In this document: positions 19,385 to 29,511 of the stretch, in pieces
Layout of the letters: each line of letters opens with the position of its first letter
Numbering within the stretch: position 1 is the first letter of the stretch
Source of the DNA: Armatimonadota bacterium
GTDB taxonomy: Bacteria > Armatimonadota > SYMT01
Reading direction: 5' to 3'
DNA length: 64,000 nucleotides
Assembly: GCA_046292385.1 (NCBI GenBank)
Contig: JBKBRF010000024.1
Span: forward strand, 1 to 64,000
Program-made: the position numbers and the translations under genes
The notes under the pieces: generated by a model
What the model saw: only the letters and a program-made list of their open reading frames with translations
Told to the model about the DNA's origin: nothing
The model's database searches: none

Positions 19385-21640
19385 TCAGAAGAGCGAGAGC
19401 TGCCCCGCCCGCTCCGCCTGGAGCTTCTTCTTGGTGGGGCGGGGGAAGATGCGGTTGAACTCCGCGCCGAGCGCTCCCTCCAGCCGGCTGGCGAACTTGT
19501 AGAGCTTGTCCAGGTAATACCAGCGGTCCTCGTCTCCGGCGTAGTCGTCCGCCAGCCCCAGGGTGCCGTCGGCCCGCTCGTAAACCGACAGGCTCTCTCC
19601 CACGGAGGCGTCCTGCGCCACTTCCCGCGCCCGGCGCTTGGCCTGGCTGCGGAACGTCTTTTCCGTCACCCGCTCCCGCCGCACCAGCTGCTCCAGCGGC
19701 AGCTCGCCCCGGGAGATGAGGTCGTAAAGGCGCTGGTAGTCCGCCGCGAGCCCCTCCAGGTCTCCCGCGATCAGGTAGTCGACCGCCCGGCTCAGGAACT
19801 CGCGCCCGAACGGCTCGTCGGCGCGGGACCGCAGGGAGGCGCCCTTCGGCGTCTTCTTGCCGTCGTAGCCGACCAGCACGTAGTTCTTGATCTTGAGGCT
19901 GATCATGGCGGCGTAGCGCCCGTCATGCGCCAGCCGGATTCCGTGGGGCAGCGACTCCCCGATCCGCTCCACGTACTCGATCTCCTCCGCCTCGGTGCGG
20001 ACTTCCTCCGGCGGGACGAAGTAGACTCCGTCGGTGTCGATCTCGATCACCCGGCTGCCGGAGCGCTCCAGCGCCTCCGCCACCCGCTTCACCAGCTCCT
20101 GCCCGGTGGTGGTGACCTGCGTCGCCGCGGCGTAGTCGTTGAAGTGGAACGTGGGCGCGCCGAGATACCCGTAGAACGAGTTGATCAGGATCTTGAACGA
20201 GCCCTGGAGCCCGTCCCAGTAGGCCGCCTCCGGGCCGCCCCGCTTTGCCCGCGCTTTCGCCTCCAGACGGCGGTGGGTGAGCTCCTCCAGCATCGGCAGG
20301 AAGACGTCGAGCGTGTCCGATTCCGGGCGGATCCGGTAGCGCAGCATGATGGAGGGATAGAGGCTCTCCACGTCCGCCTTCACCACCCGCCGCAGCACGC
20401 CGGTCTCCCGGATCTCCGTATGGCCCCCGGGGCACGCCACGGGCGGCTGCGGCAGCGGAATCCCGTAGCCGCGGGAGAGATACTCCCGGATCAGCAGGGA
20501 GTTGATCTTCTCTCCGGAGCCGCCGGTCGCCACGTTCTGGTAGCTATCCGGCACCATCTGCGCCTGGTAGAACTCGGTGGGGAAGACCAGTTCCGCCAGG
20601 CGGCGGGTCTCCTCCACGTCCTGCCGGGCGTAGCGCCGCACCGCGTCCGGGTCGCGCTCCCACGTCTCCGCGAGCACCGCCCGGTCCAGGTAGACGCGCT
20701 CTTCCGAGGCGAGGCCGTAGTGGATCGCCGCTTCCTTGAGCCCGTGGGAGGTGAGCTCCGCGCGGCCGACGTCGAACCGCTGGACGCCGAAGAGGGTATC
20801 GAGGAAGTGCCGGCCCCACGCGTTGGCGGGACGGAACGGGCGGGTGATGCCGCCGATCGGCAGGTTCCGCTCCCGCCCGAAGCTGAGCGGGCTGCCGTCG
20901 CGTCCCAGCGGCAGCGGAATCCCCAGCGCCTCCGCCCGGGCGGCGAGGTAGGGGAGGTCGAATCCGAAGAGGTTGTGCCCCTCGATCACGTCCGGATCGC
21001 ACGCCTGCACCGCCTGGAGGAAGCCGCGGATGATCTCCGACTCGTCCCCCGCGAAGACCCACTCCCCGCCGCGGTTGTCGCTCGCTACCAGCAGCAGGAT
21101 CCGGCTCTCCGGCGCCTCCGGCCGCAGGGTGGTGGTCTCCAGGTCGAACTGGAGCCGCCGGATCGCGCCGAAATCGATCCCCTTGAACAGCGTGACGCCG
21201 CTGGCGACCAGGAACTGCTTCACCGGATGGCCGTAGGCGTGGTGCGCCAGCCCCTGCGCGCGGAGCTGCTCCCGGAGGTCGAGGAACGCGCCCCAGTGGG
21301 GAAACTCGACGAGCCACCGCAGGCCGCCGCCTTCCAGCGGCTTCCACTCCACCGGGCCGGGCGTGTGCCTACGAAGGGCGTCGTACGCCTCGTCGCCGGT
21401 CACCAGCCACGGCCGGAATGGGCGCCGCTCCCGGTCGCGCTCCTCCCGCCAGGCCGGCCCGTCCGGATCCGAGCCGCGCCGCGCGAGCAGCAGCATCGCC
21501 TCCCGCTCCACGATCTCCACCGCCACCACGCCCTCGGTATCGTCGTGTCCAAACAGCCGCGGCGCCACCGGGCGCGGCGCCGCCTCCGCCTCCGCCGCGG
21601 TCCCCGCCGCGCCTTCCGCCGGCTCGTCCCACTCGCTCAT
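19385..21640 (-). CDS. polB: family B DNA polymerase with 3'-5' exonuclease
   Basis: Exo motifs FDLET, GHNLFGFDLPY, YARQD; polymerase motifs DVESLYPS, KILINSFYG, DTDG. Confidence 0.92.
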   Translation of the reverse strand: MSEWDEPAEGAAGTAAEAEAAPRPVAPRLFGHDDTEGVVAVEIVEREAMLLLARRGSDPDGPAWREERDRERRPFRPWLVTGDEAYDALRRHTPGPVEWKPLEGGGLRWLVEFPHWGAFLDLREQLRAQGLAHHAYGHPVKQFLVASGVTLFKGIDFGAIRRLQFDLETTTLRPEAPESRILLLVASDNRGGEWVFAGDESEIIRGFLQAVQACDPDVIEGHNLFGFDLPYLAARAEALGIPLPLGRDGSPLSFGRERNLPIGGITRPFRPANAWGRHFLDTLFGVQRFDVGRAELTSHGLKEAAIHYGLASEERVYLDRAVLAETWERDPDAVRRYARQDVEETRRLAELVFPTEFYQAQMVPDSYQNVATGGSGEKINSLLIREYLSRGYGIPLPQPPVACPGGHTEIRETGVLRRVVKADVESLYPSIMLRYRIRPESDTLDVFLPMLEELTHRRLEAKARAKRGGPEAAYWDGLQGSFKILINSFYGYLGAPTFHFNDYAAATQVTTTGQELVKRVAEALERSGSRVIEIDTDGVYFVPPEEVRTEAEEIEYVERIGESLPHGIRLAHDGRYAAMISLKIKNYVLVGYDGKKTPKGASLRSRADEPFGREFLSRAVDYLIAGDLEGLAADYQRLYDLISRGELPLEQLVRRERVTEKTFRSQAKRRAREVAQDASVGESLSVYERADGTLGLADDYAGDEDRWYYLDKLYKFASRLEGALGAEFNRIFPRPTKKKLQAERAGQLSLF

Positions 21641-22070
21641 CCGCACCCTCCCGCGCCAGCCCGTCGTCCCACCCCGTCCGGAATCCGTCTTCCTCTCATC
21701 TTAAGGCCTGCGGCCCTCCCTGAGTTCCGCTGGATTCTCGCAGCACGGCCGACGAAGCAGGAAACCCCGCTTTTCCGGGCAACTGTCAAAACAGAGTCGA
21801 GCGGATGGTTGGCAGTGTGCCCAGCGTCTGTTCACTCGTTCTTTGAACCGCTCTCGTCAAGGGTCCGCTCCGACTACAACGGCTCGTTTGCGAAGCACCA
21901 CCGACCGGTGGTGTGGCATCCACTCTACTGGTGCGGGCCCGGCCGGAGCGCGAGTTTGCCCGTACCCGAATTGAAGGTCGTGGCAACCCACGTATGTGCT
22001 GATCAGGCACCTCGTGGCGAGGGCGGTGACGGGATAGGGAGCCAAGCGACGTGAGGTGTGAGACTGTAGG

Positions 22071-22730
22071 ATGCAACCCCCGCGATGTCAGAACTGCAGT
22101 GTGGCAAATCCGGCCGGAGCAAGTTTCTGCAATGGGTGTGGAGCGTCGCTGATTACTGCGCGGTACGCGGGGGTGTCTACATCACCGAGTCCGTCGCCAT
22201 CGTCAGTGCCTGCTCCTTCCCTGCCTACGGCCCCACGGGTAGGTGTCTTCCGGATTGCCGTCTCCGCCAAGGTGCTGAAGTGGCCCCCCTTCTGCGCCTG
22301 CTGCCAGGGCACGGCGGATGCAAATCTGCGGGCAGCCTACACCCGCACCACCGGAAAACGCGTGGTGCGTTCTCAGACCCGCTACTGGGACGTGCCGTAC
22401 TGCTCCAGGTGCTTGCGCCACGTGAGCCACGCAAAGTCCGGTGCGACGCTTAACGGCTGGGGCGCGTTCTTCTGCGTTACAGCGATTGGGCTGCTGTTCT
22501 GCGTCCCGGTGCCGGGAGCCATCGTTAGCGTGCTGCTTGCCGCCGGGGCGTTTTCCCTCGGTTTTCACCACCAGGGCCAGGCGCGCGCGGCAATGGTCTC
22601 CTCATGCGTGTGTCCTGGTACAGCCGTGGAGTACCTTGGGTGGGACGGCAGTGTGCAGGGTTTTGTCTTTACGAATGGCGACTACGCAGAGGCCTTCCGG
22701 CAAGCGAATGCTGCGAAAGTCGTCGGATAA
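22071..22730 (+). CDS. zinc-ribbon membrane protein
   Basis: N-terminal CQNC..CNGC; CACC..CSRC; two TM helices; atypical codon usage. Confidence 0.75.
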   Translation: MQPPRCQNCSVANPAGASFCNGCGASLITARYAGVSTSPSPSPSSVPAPSLPTAPRVGVFRIAVSAKVLKWPPFCACCQGTADANLRAAYTRTTGKRVVRSQTRYWDVPYCSRCLRHVSHAKSGATLNGWGAFFCVTAIGLLFCVPVPGAIVSVLLAAGAFSLGFHHQGQARAAMVSSCVCPGTAVEYLGWDGSVQGFVFTNGDYAEAFRQANAAKVVG

Positions 22731-22762
22731 GAGACGTAGAGTGAGTTCGCTGCACCGGTCCC

Positions 22763-25384
22763 GTGATTTCGATGATCTGCACCACCTGTAATACTCCGAA
22801 CCCCGTCACTGCATTTGCCTGCACAGCGTGTGCGAGTCCGCTCGCTACAGCAGTTCCAGATGTAGCGTCACAGGTGCTGGCATCGGGATGCCGACTGCAG
22901 AACGGGCTATTCACGGTTGGAAGAGTATTGGGCCAAGGTGGCTTTGGGATCACCTATCTTGGGAGTGACACGCACCTCCAACGCCCGGTAGCCGTCAAGG
23001 AGTTCTTCCCCCAAGGCTGTGTTCGCCAGAACCAGACGGTGCGGCCGTCTGGTGGCCTCTCCCCGGCTGATTTCCAAGAGTCACGAACCCGGTTCGTGGA
23101 AGAAGCACGTACCCTCGCCCGGTTTCAACATTCAGGTATCGTCCAAGTCTATAGCACCTTCGAGGAGAACAACACCGCGTACATGGTGATGGAGTGCCTC
23201 AAGGGCAAGACGCTGGCACGATTGATCGAAGAACACGGGACGCTACCTGAGCGAGAGGCAATTGGTTACGCTGAAAAGGTCGGTCAGGCGCTTGCCGTCG
23301 TCCACGAAGCGAAACTCCTGCACCGGGACATCAAGCCGGACAATCTCATCGTGACCGAGGATGGTCGTGTGGTCCTGCTGGACTTCGGCACGGCCCGGGA
23401 GTTCGCTGCAGGCAGGACTCGGCGGATGACTGCCATGCTGACGCCCGGCTACGCACCGTTGGAACAGTATGGGCAGCAGGCTCGGTTTGGGATGTTCACG
23501 GATGTCTACGCTTTGGGCGCGACCTTCTACCACGCACTCACCGGCCAGCTTCCGGTGCAGGCTACCGATCGCGCTGCAGGGGTTTCACTCCTACCGCCGC
23601 ATCGGTGGAATCCGTCGATAAGCCGACAGGTAAGCGAAGCAGTGATGTGGGCGCTTGAGATGAGAGTGGACCGTCGCCCGCAGTCGGTGGTGGAGTTCAT
23701 CGGAGCACTTTGCGGCGCTGCCCAACCGACTGGCGCCCCACGCGGGAAGAAGCGCGCCGGTGCTCAGTCGGGTCCGCCGCCCCCGCCGAACCCATACGAG
23801 GCCCGCATCCGGCAACTCGCGGACCAACTGGCACAGCCGGAGCCACCGGCACCACCGACCCCGCATGACGCGCAGATCCAGCAGATCGAAACGCGACTCC
23901 GCGGACTCGACAACTTCCGGCTCAATGTTCACCTGTGCCCTGCGTGCAGACGAGCAGGGTTGACCCATGTCACGGGCCAACCTACGGGACAGTGCCCGTT
24001 GTGCCAGAAAGCGCCGCTGCATGACCGCGCCGTCGAGTTGAACAAGTGTCCGGAGTGCCGCAGCCCTCGTTTCCAGGAGCATCGGCTCGCCGACGATCTT
24101 TCGTTCTGCCCCGTCTGCCAAATCGCGCCTCTGGTGAAGGAGCGCAGGAAGCAGTGGGGGCTGGCGCTCGATCTCTGGTGGAAGTGCCCCCATTGCACTA
24201 CAGAGCTGGACGTGAAGACGGGTGGCAAGGCCACTCTGGTTTCTGTCGGCCTCCAAGGTGATCCGCACGGACTTCAGCAGCATGTAGGCGAGACGCGGTC
24301 CATTGCCGAGTGGCGGCTTCTATCGACGCGTAGCGCGCACTTCTACCGGTGCGAAGACTGCGATCTCCAACTGGACGTGCGTGACACCGGCATGACTCTA
24401 GTCCACAGCGGGCGCAAGCCGCCCGTCGCCCCAGATCGTCGTGGGCAGACACTACCTCGTCGAGCGTGGGCGCGGGTGGCGAACGGTTTGCCCTCGGATG
24501 CCGGAGACCGCTTCTGCGTATGCTGCCGCGCGGAATTCGATGTGGAGCCAGAGAAGAAGGCGCTGACGCTTCGGTCGGTCAGCGCGGGCTCTCGTTGGGA
24601 CCAGAGCTGGCTCGGGCGCACCATGCCGATCTCGTGCTGGCATCTCGCCGCCGCCGGGAAGACGAGCTTACGTCCCGGTTTGCTCTGTCGCACGTGTCGT
24701 ATTGAGTTCGACGATGATGGGGGCAAGCTGCGGTTGGTGAGGGCTCCATCGCAGTTGCTCACGTCTCACGTAAACCACACCGCCTCACTGGAGGATTGGC
24801 ATCGCCTTAGCGTTGGAGTTCCCACTGTAGGGGAAGAGCAGCACCTGCGCACCCAATTGATCCGGCTGCAAGAGTTAGTAAGAGCGCTACTCGCTCCCCA
24901 CCGGGAGCGAGTAGCGCAAAGCCGCCGAAGCCTGGAAGAAGAACTGGTGCGCGTTTGCAAGCAGTCCTTTATAGAAGGACACATCCCGCTCACGTCAGCA
25001 CTCTGCCGAATCGCTCTGAAGAATGGCGAAGCCCTTCGCTGCGAACTCCCGGTTCTCAGGCTCAAACAGCGCACGTATCAGGGTTGCCCTTACTGGGACA
25101 CGGACGTCCAGGGAAACCTCGCGATCACGAGCGAGCGGCTCCTCTTCGAAGCCCCTGGGGCAGCCCCCTGGCAGCGGTCGCACGGCAAGCTTTACAGCGC
25201 CGACCTCGCCTATGTGCAGGGGCTATCCCTTCCGGTGCTCACACTTCTGTATGAAGGGCTGCAGAAGGCGGTGGGCTTCGCGGTTCCCGAGAGCAGCTTC
25301 CAGCTCACTGTAAACGGCGTGGCGACGCAGGTGTCGCTCACGGCGCACGACGTGCTGGGCATGCTTCGCCGCGCCCGACATTAG
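22763..25384 (+). CDS. Hanks-type Ser/Thr kinase with N-terminal zinc ribbon and Cys-rich repeat region
   Basis: GQGGFG, VAVKE, HRDIKPDN, DFG, PGYAPLE, DVYALG; ten CxxC pairs outside the kinase domain; no TM helix. Confidence 0.9.
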   Translation: MISMICTTCNTPNPVTAFACTACASPLATAVPDVASQVLASGCRLQNGLFTVGRVLGQGGFGITYLGSDTHLQRPVAVKEFFPQGCVRQNQTVRPSGGLSPADFQESRTRFVEEARTLARFQHSGIVQVYSTFEENNTAYMVMECLKGKTLARLIEEHGTLPEREAIGYAEKVGQALAVVHEAKLLHRDIKPDNLIVTEDGRVVLLDFGTAREFAAGRTRRMTAMLTPGYAPLEQYGQQARFGMFTDVYALGATFYHALTGQLPVQATDRAAGVSLLPPHRWNPSISRQVSEAVMWALEMRVDRRPQSVVEFIGALCGAAQPTGAPRGKKRAGAQSGPPPPPNPYEARIRQLADQLAQPEPPAPPTPHDAQIQQIETRLRGLDNFRLNVHLCPACRRAGLTHVTGQPTGQCPLCQKAPLHDRAVELNKCPECRSPRFQEHRLADDLSFCPVCQIAPLVKERRKQWGLALDLWWKCPHCTTELDVKTGGKATLVSVGLQGDPHGLQQHVGETRSIAEWRLLSTRSAHFYRCEDCDLQLDVRDTGMTLVHSGRKPPVAPDRRGQTLPRRAWARVANGLPSDAGDRFCVCCRAEFDVEPEKKALTLRSVSAGSRWDQSWLGRTMPISCWHLAAAGKTSLRPGLLCRTCRIEFDDDGGKLRLVRAPSQLLTSHVNHTASLEDWHRLSVGVPTVGEEQHLRTQLIRLQELVRALLAPHRERVAQSRRSLEEELVRVCKQSFIEGHIPLTSALCRIALKNGEALRCELPVLRLKQRTYQGCPYWDTDVQGNLAITSERLLFEAPGAAPWQRSHGKLYSADLAYVQGLSLPVLTLLYEGLQKAVGFAVPESSFQLTVNGVATQVSLTAHDVLGMLRRARH

Positions 25385-25650
25385 TCACTCTCTCATCGAG
25401 GCGCCTCCTGGACCGATGCGGTGTCCAACGCCGGATCTACTCCACTCTCCGGATTCCCAGTTCAGGAGCAAGCGACAGGGAGCCCCGGAGTCCGGCCGCG
25501 TCTGGGGCAGGAGCGCGCCCGTTCGGATAAACCAAGTAGGGCGGCGGGCACGCCGGTAGCCCGGCTCTTCCCAGCGGGGGAGGAGAGGCTACCGGGGCGG
25601 CGAACCATGGTTACCGGACCTACCCCATGCCGCAGCGAAAGGAGTCAGGA

Positions 25651-26775
25651 GTGTCGTCATCATCGGGGTTGAGAGGCGTGGTCGCCGGGGAGAGCCGCAT
25701 CAGCACGGTCGACGGCCTCGAAGGCCGGCTGATCTACCGGGGCATCAACATCCACGAGCTGGCGGAGCGGGCCAGCTTCGAAGAGGTGATGTACCTGCTG
25801 TGGCACGGCAAGCTGCCCAACCGTTCCGAGCTGGATAACCTGCAGGCGCAGCTCCGCGCCTCCGCCGCGCTGCCGGAGGGCGTGCTCCAGTTGATGCGCT
25901 GCTTCCCGCCGAACGCGCGCCCGATGGACGCCCTGCGCACCGCGGTCTCCGCCCTCGGCATGTGGGACCCGGACGCCGGCGACAACAGCACGGAGGCGAA
26001 CTTCCGGAAGTCGCTCCGCCTCACGGCGCAGATCGCCACCGTCGTCACCAGCTTCCACCACCTGCGCAACGACCGCCAGCCGGTGGCGCCGAACCCGAGC
26101 CTCGACTTCGCCGCGAACTTCCTCTACATGCTCACCGGCGAGCCGCCGACCGACGTGGCGGCCCGCACGTTCGACACCGCCCTGATCCTCCACGCGGACC
26201 ACGAGTTCAACGCCAGCACCTTCTCCGGCCGCGTCACCATCGCCACCCTTTCGGACGTCCACTCCGCCGTCACCAGCGCCATCGGCACCCTGGCCGGGCC
26301 GCTCCACGGCGGCGCCAACGAGGGCGTCTACAAGATGCTGCAGGAGATTGGGGAGCCGGAGAACGTGGAGTCCTGGCTGCGCGAGAAGCTCTCCCAGAAG
26401 GGCTACCGGGTGATGGGCTTCGGGCACGCGGTCTACAAGACGACCGACCCCCGCGCCACCCACCTGAAGCGCATGGCGAAGCAGCTCCTGGAGGAGCGGG
26501 GCGAGGGTAAGCTCTTCGTAATGTCGGAGCGGCTCGAGGAGCTGATGCTGAAGGAGAAGGGCCTCCACGCCAACGTCGACTTCTACAGCGCCAGCGTTTA
26601 CCACATGCTCGGCATCCCGGTCGACCTGTTCACCCCCGTCTTCGCCGTCAGCCGCGTGACCGGCTGGACCGCCCACGTGTTGGAGCAGCTCGCGGACAAC
26701 CGGATCATCCGGCCGCGCGCGGAGTACGTGGGCCCCACCGACCTTCACTACGTGCCTGTGGACGAGCGAGAGTAG
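25651..26775 (+). CDS. gltA: citrate synthase
   Basis: GLRGV, LHADHEFNAST, GPLHGGANE, MGFGH, NVDFYS; AAGGAG RBS before GTG 25651. Confidence 0.93.
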   Translation: MSSSSGLRGVVAGESRISTVDGLEGRLIYRGINIHELAERASFEEVMYLLWHGKLPNRSELDNLQAQLRASAALPEGVLQLMRCFPPNARPMDALRTAVSALGMWDPDAGDNSTEANFRKSLRLTAQIATVVTSFHHLRNDRQPVAPNPSLDFAANFLYMLTGEPPTDVAARTFDTALILHADHEFNASTFSGRVTIATLSDVHSAVTSAIGTLAGPLHGGANEGVYKMLQEIGEPENVESWLREKLSQKGYRVMGFGHAVYKTTDPRATHLKRMAKQLLEERGEGKLFVMSERLEELMLKEKGLHANVDFYSASVYHMLGIPVDLFTPVFAVSRVTGWTAHVLEQLADNRIIRPRAEYVGPTDLHYVPVDERE

Positions 26776-26781
26776 CGAAGC

Positions 26782-28047
26782 ATGAGTCATCCAGAGTTTA
26801 AAGACCTCACCGCGCCCACCCAGGGCCAGCCGATCACCCAGAGCGCCAGCGGCGAGCTGCAGGTTCCGGACCACCCGATCATTCCGTTCATCGAGGGAGA
26901 CGGCACCGGGCCGGATATCTGGGCCGCCTCCGTGCGGGTGCTCGACGCGGCGGTGGAGAAGGCCTACGGCGGCCGCAAGAAGATCGCGTGGTTCGAGGTC
27001 TACGCGGGCGAGAAGGCATTCAACAAGTTCAACAACTGGCTACCGGACGACACCATCACCGCGTTCCGGCAGTACCTGGTCGGGATCAAGGGCCCTCTCA
27101 CCACCCCGGTCGGCGGCGGCATCCGCAGCCTCAACGTGGCGCTGCGCCAGATCCTGGACCTCTACGTCTGCCTGCGCCCGGTCCGCTGGTTCAAGGGGGT
27201 CCCGTCCCCGGTGAAGCATCCGGAGCTGGTTGACATGGTGATCTTCCGGGAGAACACGGAAGACATCTACGCCGGCATCGAGTGGCCCGCCGGCTCGCCG
27301 GAAGCGCAGAAGGTGATCTCGTTCCTGCAGAACGAGATGGGCGTCCAGAAGATCCGCTTCCCGGAGACGAGCGGCATCGGCATCAAGCCCGTCAGCTCGG
27401 AGGGCAGCAAGCGGCTCATCCGCGCCGCGATCCGCTACGCCATCGCGAGCGGGCGCAAGAGCGTCACCCTGGTGCACAAGGGGAACATCATGAAGTTCAC
27501 CGAAGGCGCCTTCCGGGACTGGGGCTACGAGCTCACGCGGGAAGAGTTCTCCGAGCAGGCGGTCGGCTGGGATGACTGCGGCGGCAAGCCGGGCGACAAG
27601 GTGCTGGTGAAGGACGCCATCGCGGACATCACCCTGCAGCAGGTCCTCACCCGCCCCGCGGAGTTCGACGTCATCGCCACCACCAACCTGAACGGCGACT
27701 ACCTGAGCGACGCCCTCGCGGCGCAGGTCGGCGGCATCGGCATCGCGCCGGGCGGCAACATCAACTACGTCACCGGCCACGCCATCTTCGAGGCGACCCA
27801 CGGCACCGCGCCGAAGTACGCTGGCCAGGACCGGGTCAACCCGGGCAGCGTGATCCTCTCCGGAGAGATGATGCTGCGCCACCTGGGCTGGAACGAGGCG
27901 GCGGACCTGATCATCAAGGGCATGGACGGCGCGATCGGCGCCCGCACCGTAACCTACGACTTCCACCGCCTGATCGAGGCCGAAGGCGGCTCAGCCACCC
28001 TGGTGAAGACCAGCGAGTTCGGCGACGCCATCATCAGCCACATGTAA
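26782..28047 (+). CDS. icd: NADP-dependent isocitrate dehydrogenase
   Basis: [50 protein letters not shown]. Confidence 0.97.
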   Translation: MSHPEFKDLTAPTQGQPITQSASGELQVPDHPIIPFIEGDGTGPDIWAASVRVLDAAVEKAYGGRKKIAWFEVYAGEKAFNKFNNWLPDDTITAFRQYLVGIKGPLTTPVGGGIRSLNVALRQILDLYVCLRPVRWFKGVPSPVKHPELVDMVIFRENTEDIYAGIEWPAGSPEAQKVISFLQNEMGVQKIRFPETSGIGIKPVSSEGSKRLIRAAIRYAIASGRKSVTLVHKGNIMKFTEGAFRDWGYELTREEFSEQAVGWDDCGGKPGDKVLVKDAIADITLQQVLTRPAEFDVIATTNLNGDYLSDALAAQVGGIGIAPGGNINYVTGHAIFEATHGTAPKYAGQDRVNPGSVILSGEMMLRHLGWNEAADLIIKGMDGAIGARTVTYDFHRLIEAEGGSATLVKTSEFGDAIISHM

Positions 28048-28072
28048 GCGGGCGAAGTCGCACCCGTACGCC

Positions 28073-28105
28073 AGAGGCCGGCCCCCACTGCGGGAGCCGG
28101 CCTCT
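28073..28105 (+). terminator. hairpin after icd, probable terminator
   Basis: AGAGGCCGGC...GCCGGCCTCT; weak U-tract. Confidence 0.5.
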
Positions 28106-28144
28106 CGTGCGTTTGCGGCCCTGGTCGCTGGGGGCTCCGAACTG

Positions 28145-28232
28145 GAGAAAGAGAACGAGAAGGAGAACGAGTAGGAGCTAAGTTCGGGTGGCTCCCATCT
28201 CCTCATCCCCAATTCATCCCCCTATCCCCTTT
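28145..28232. repeat. partial copy of the composite repeat family (GAGAAC/GAGAAG hexamers plus CATCCCC array)
   Basis: 28202-28221 is the exact reverse complement of 2761-2780. Confidence 0.7.
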
Positions 28233-28316
28233 AAGACCGGGTGTTGATCCGCAACCTCGGGGAACGAATCCGCGTCTAAGGGGCGTCTTACCGTTGTCGG
28301 AGGGAAGACCGCCCGC

Positions 28317-29123
28317 ATGAAACACCTGACCTCGTTGGGAGCCGCCGCGATGCTCCTCGTTGCTGCTACCGCCGCCGCGCAGGCACCTGCCGGGGAGACG
28401 ATGCCCCGGAACTGGTTCGCGTTCGTCGCACGCACGGGCGGGCCGCAGCCGGCCGGGGTGCGCGTGCACCAGGCCTCGCCGGAGGTGATCCTGTTCAAGG
28501 ACGGGCGGATCATCTGGCGGACCACGCCGGAGCGCCGGAGGGAAACGGCGGACCAGCCGGTGCAGTGGCGCGAGGGGAAAGTGCCGCAGGAGGCGATGGT
28601 CGGCTTCTCACGGCTCTTCCGCAGCAGCCCCTTCTTCACCACGGAGCCGCCGGCGCTCGATTCGCGCCTGCCGGGCGGCCGGCCCGCGCCGGGCCAGGCG
28701 CCCCGGATCCAGCTCCCTACCACGCACTTCGGCGTGGCGCTGGCGGACCGCTCGCGCGTGGCCCAGTTCCCGGAGCGCGGCTTCGTGGAAGAGGAGAGCC
28801 CCGAGGGTGAGTACGTGCGGGAAGTGCGCAAGCTGGAGAACGCCCTGCTCGGAATGCGGCCGCTCCCCGGCAAGCCGGTGGAGGCGGAGGTGATCCGCGT
28901 CGGCTTCTTCCGCGCCGATGCGGATCCGAACGCCCCCGCCTGGCCCCTCTCGGACCAGCCGGAGGTGACCCAGGCCGGCTTCACCTACTACGCGGGCGAG
29001 GAAGCCCGGAAGGTGAGGCAGACGTTCGACGGGAAGAACCGGACGCGTGTGGGGACCGTCACCCTCCAGGTGGAGTGGGCGCCGGCGATCGAGGTTCCGC
29101 GCGCGGTGGTGCAGGGCGGCTGA
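28317..29123 (+). CDS. hypothetical exported protein
   Basis: Signal peptide ending AAAQA; host-like codon bias. Confidence 0.7.
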   Translation: MKHLTSLGAAAMLLVAATAAAQAPAGETMPRNWFAFVARTGGPQPAGVRVHQASPEVILFKDGRIIWRTTPERRRETADQPVQWREGKVPQEAMVGFSRLFRSSPFFTTEPPALDSRLPGGRPAPGQAPRIQLPTTHFGVALADRSRVAQFPERGFVEEESPEGEYVREVRKLENALLGMRPLPGKPVEAEVIRVGFFRADADPNAPAWPLSDQPEVTQAGFTYYAGEEARKVRQTFDGKNRTRVGTVTLQVEWAPAIEVPRAVVQGG

Positions 29124-29387
29124 GCCACGGCGGTGGGGGCTCTGCTTGCGCCTTCGCGGCGGGCCCTGAAGGACCCGCCTGAAGCTCCGTAGGAAAGCAC
29201 GCTGAAGCGCGCTGCGCTCACGCCTGGCCTTCTCGTAAGTACAGCCGGCTTATGAGGGTTTACTTAAGCCGGGTAGCCAGGCGAAGCATCCGGGAGGCCG
29301 CGAGGCATTGAAATACCTCGCTGGACGGTCTGCGGCCAAGCGTCATCCGGACGCCGGGAACAGGTCCATCTGAGTGCCCGGAGGGGC

Positions 29388-29428
29388 ACTTCGTGCCGTG
29401 GTTGCCGCGGTTTCAACCGCCCGGTAGC
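29388..29428 (-). repeat. REP-like element, copy of 12183-12223
   Basis: 40/41 identity. Confidence 0.8.
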
Positions 29429-29511
29429 CACTATGAGTGCCGAAGCGGAGCAGGACTCCGGCCCCGGTGCGGTCTACCGGCTGGTAGCATCTTCGTTTCC
29501 TACCACCCGCC

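Noticed and set aside
29236..29255. RNase P-like CCGGCTTA tail (also at about 46349)
   Set aside because: No upstream GAGGAAAGTCC half of P4.
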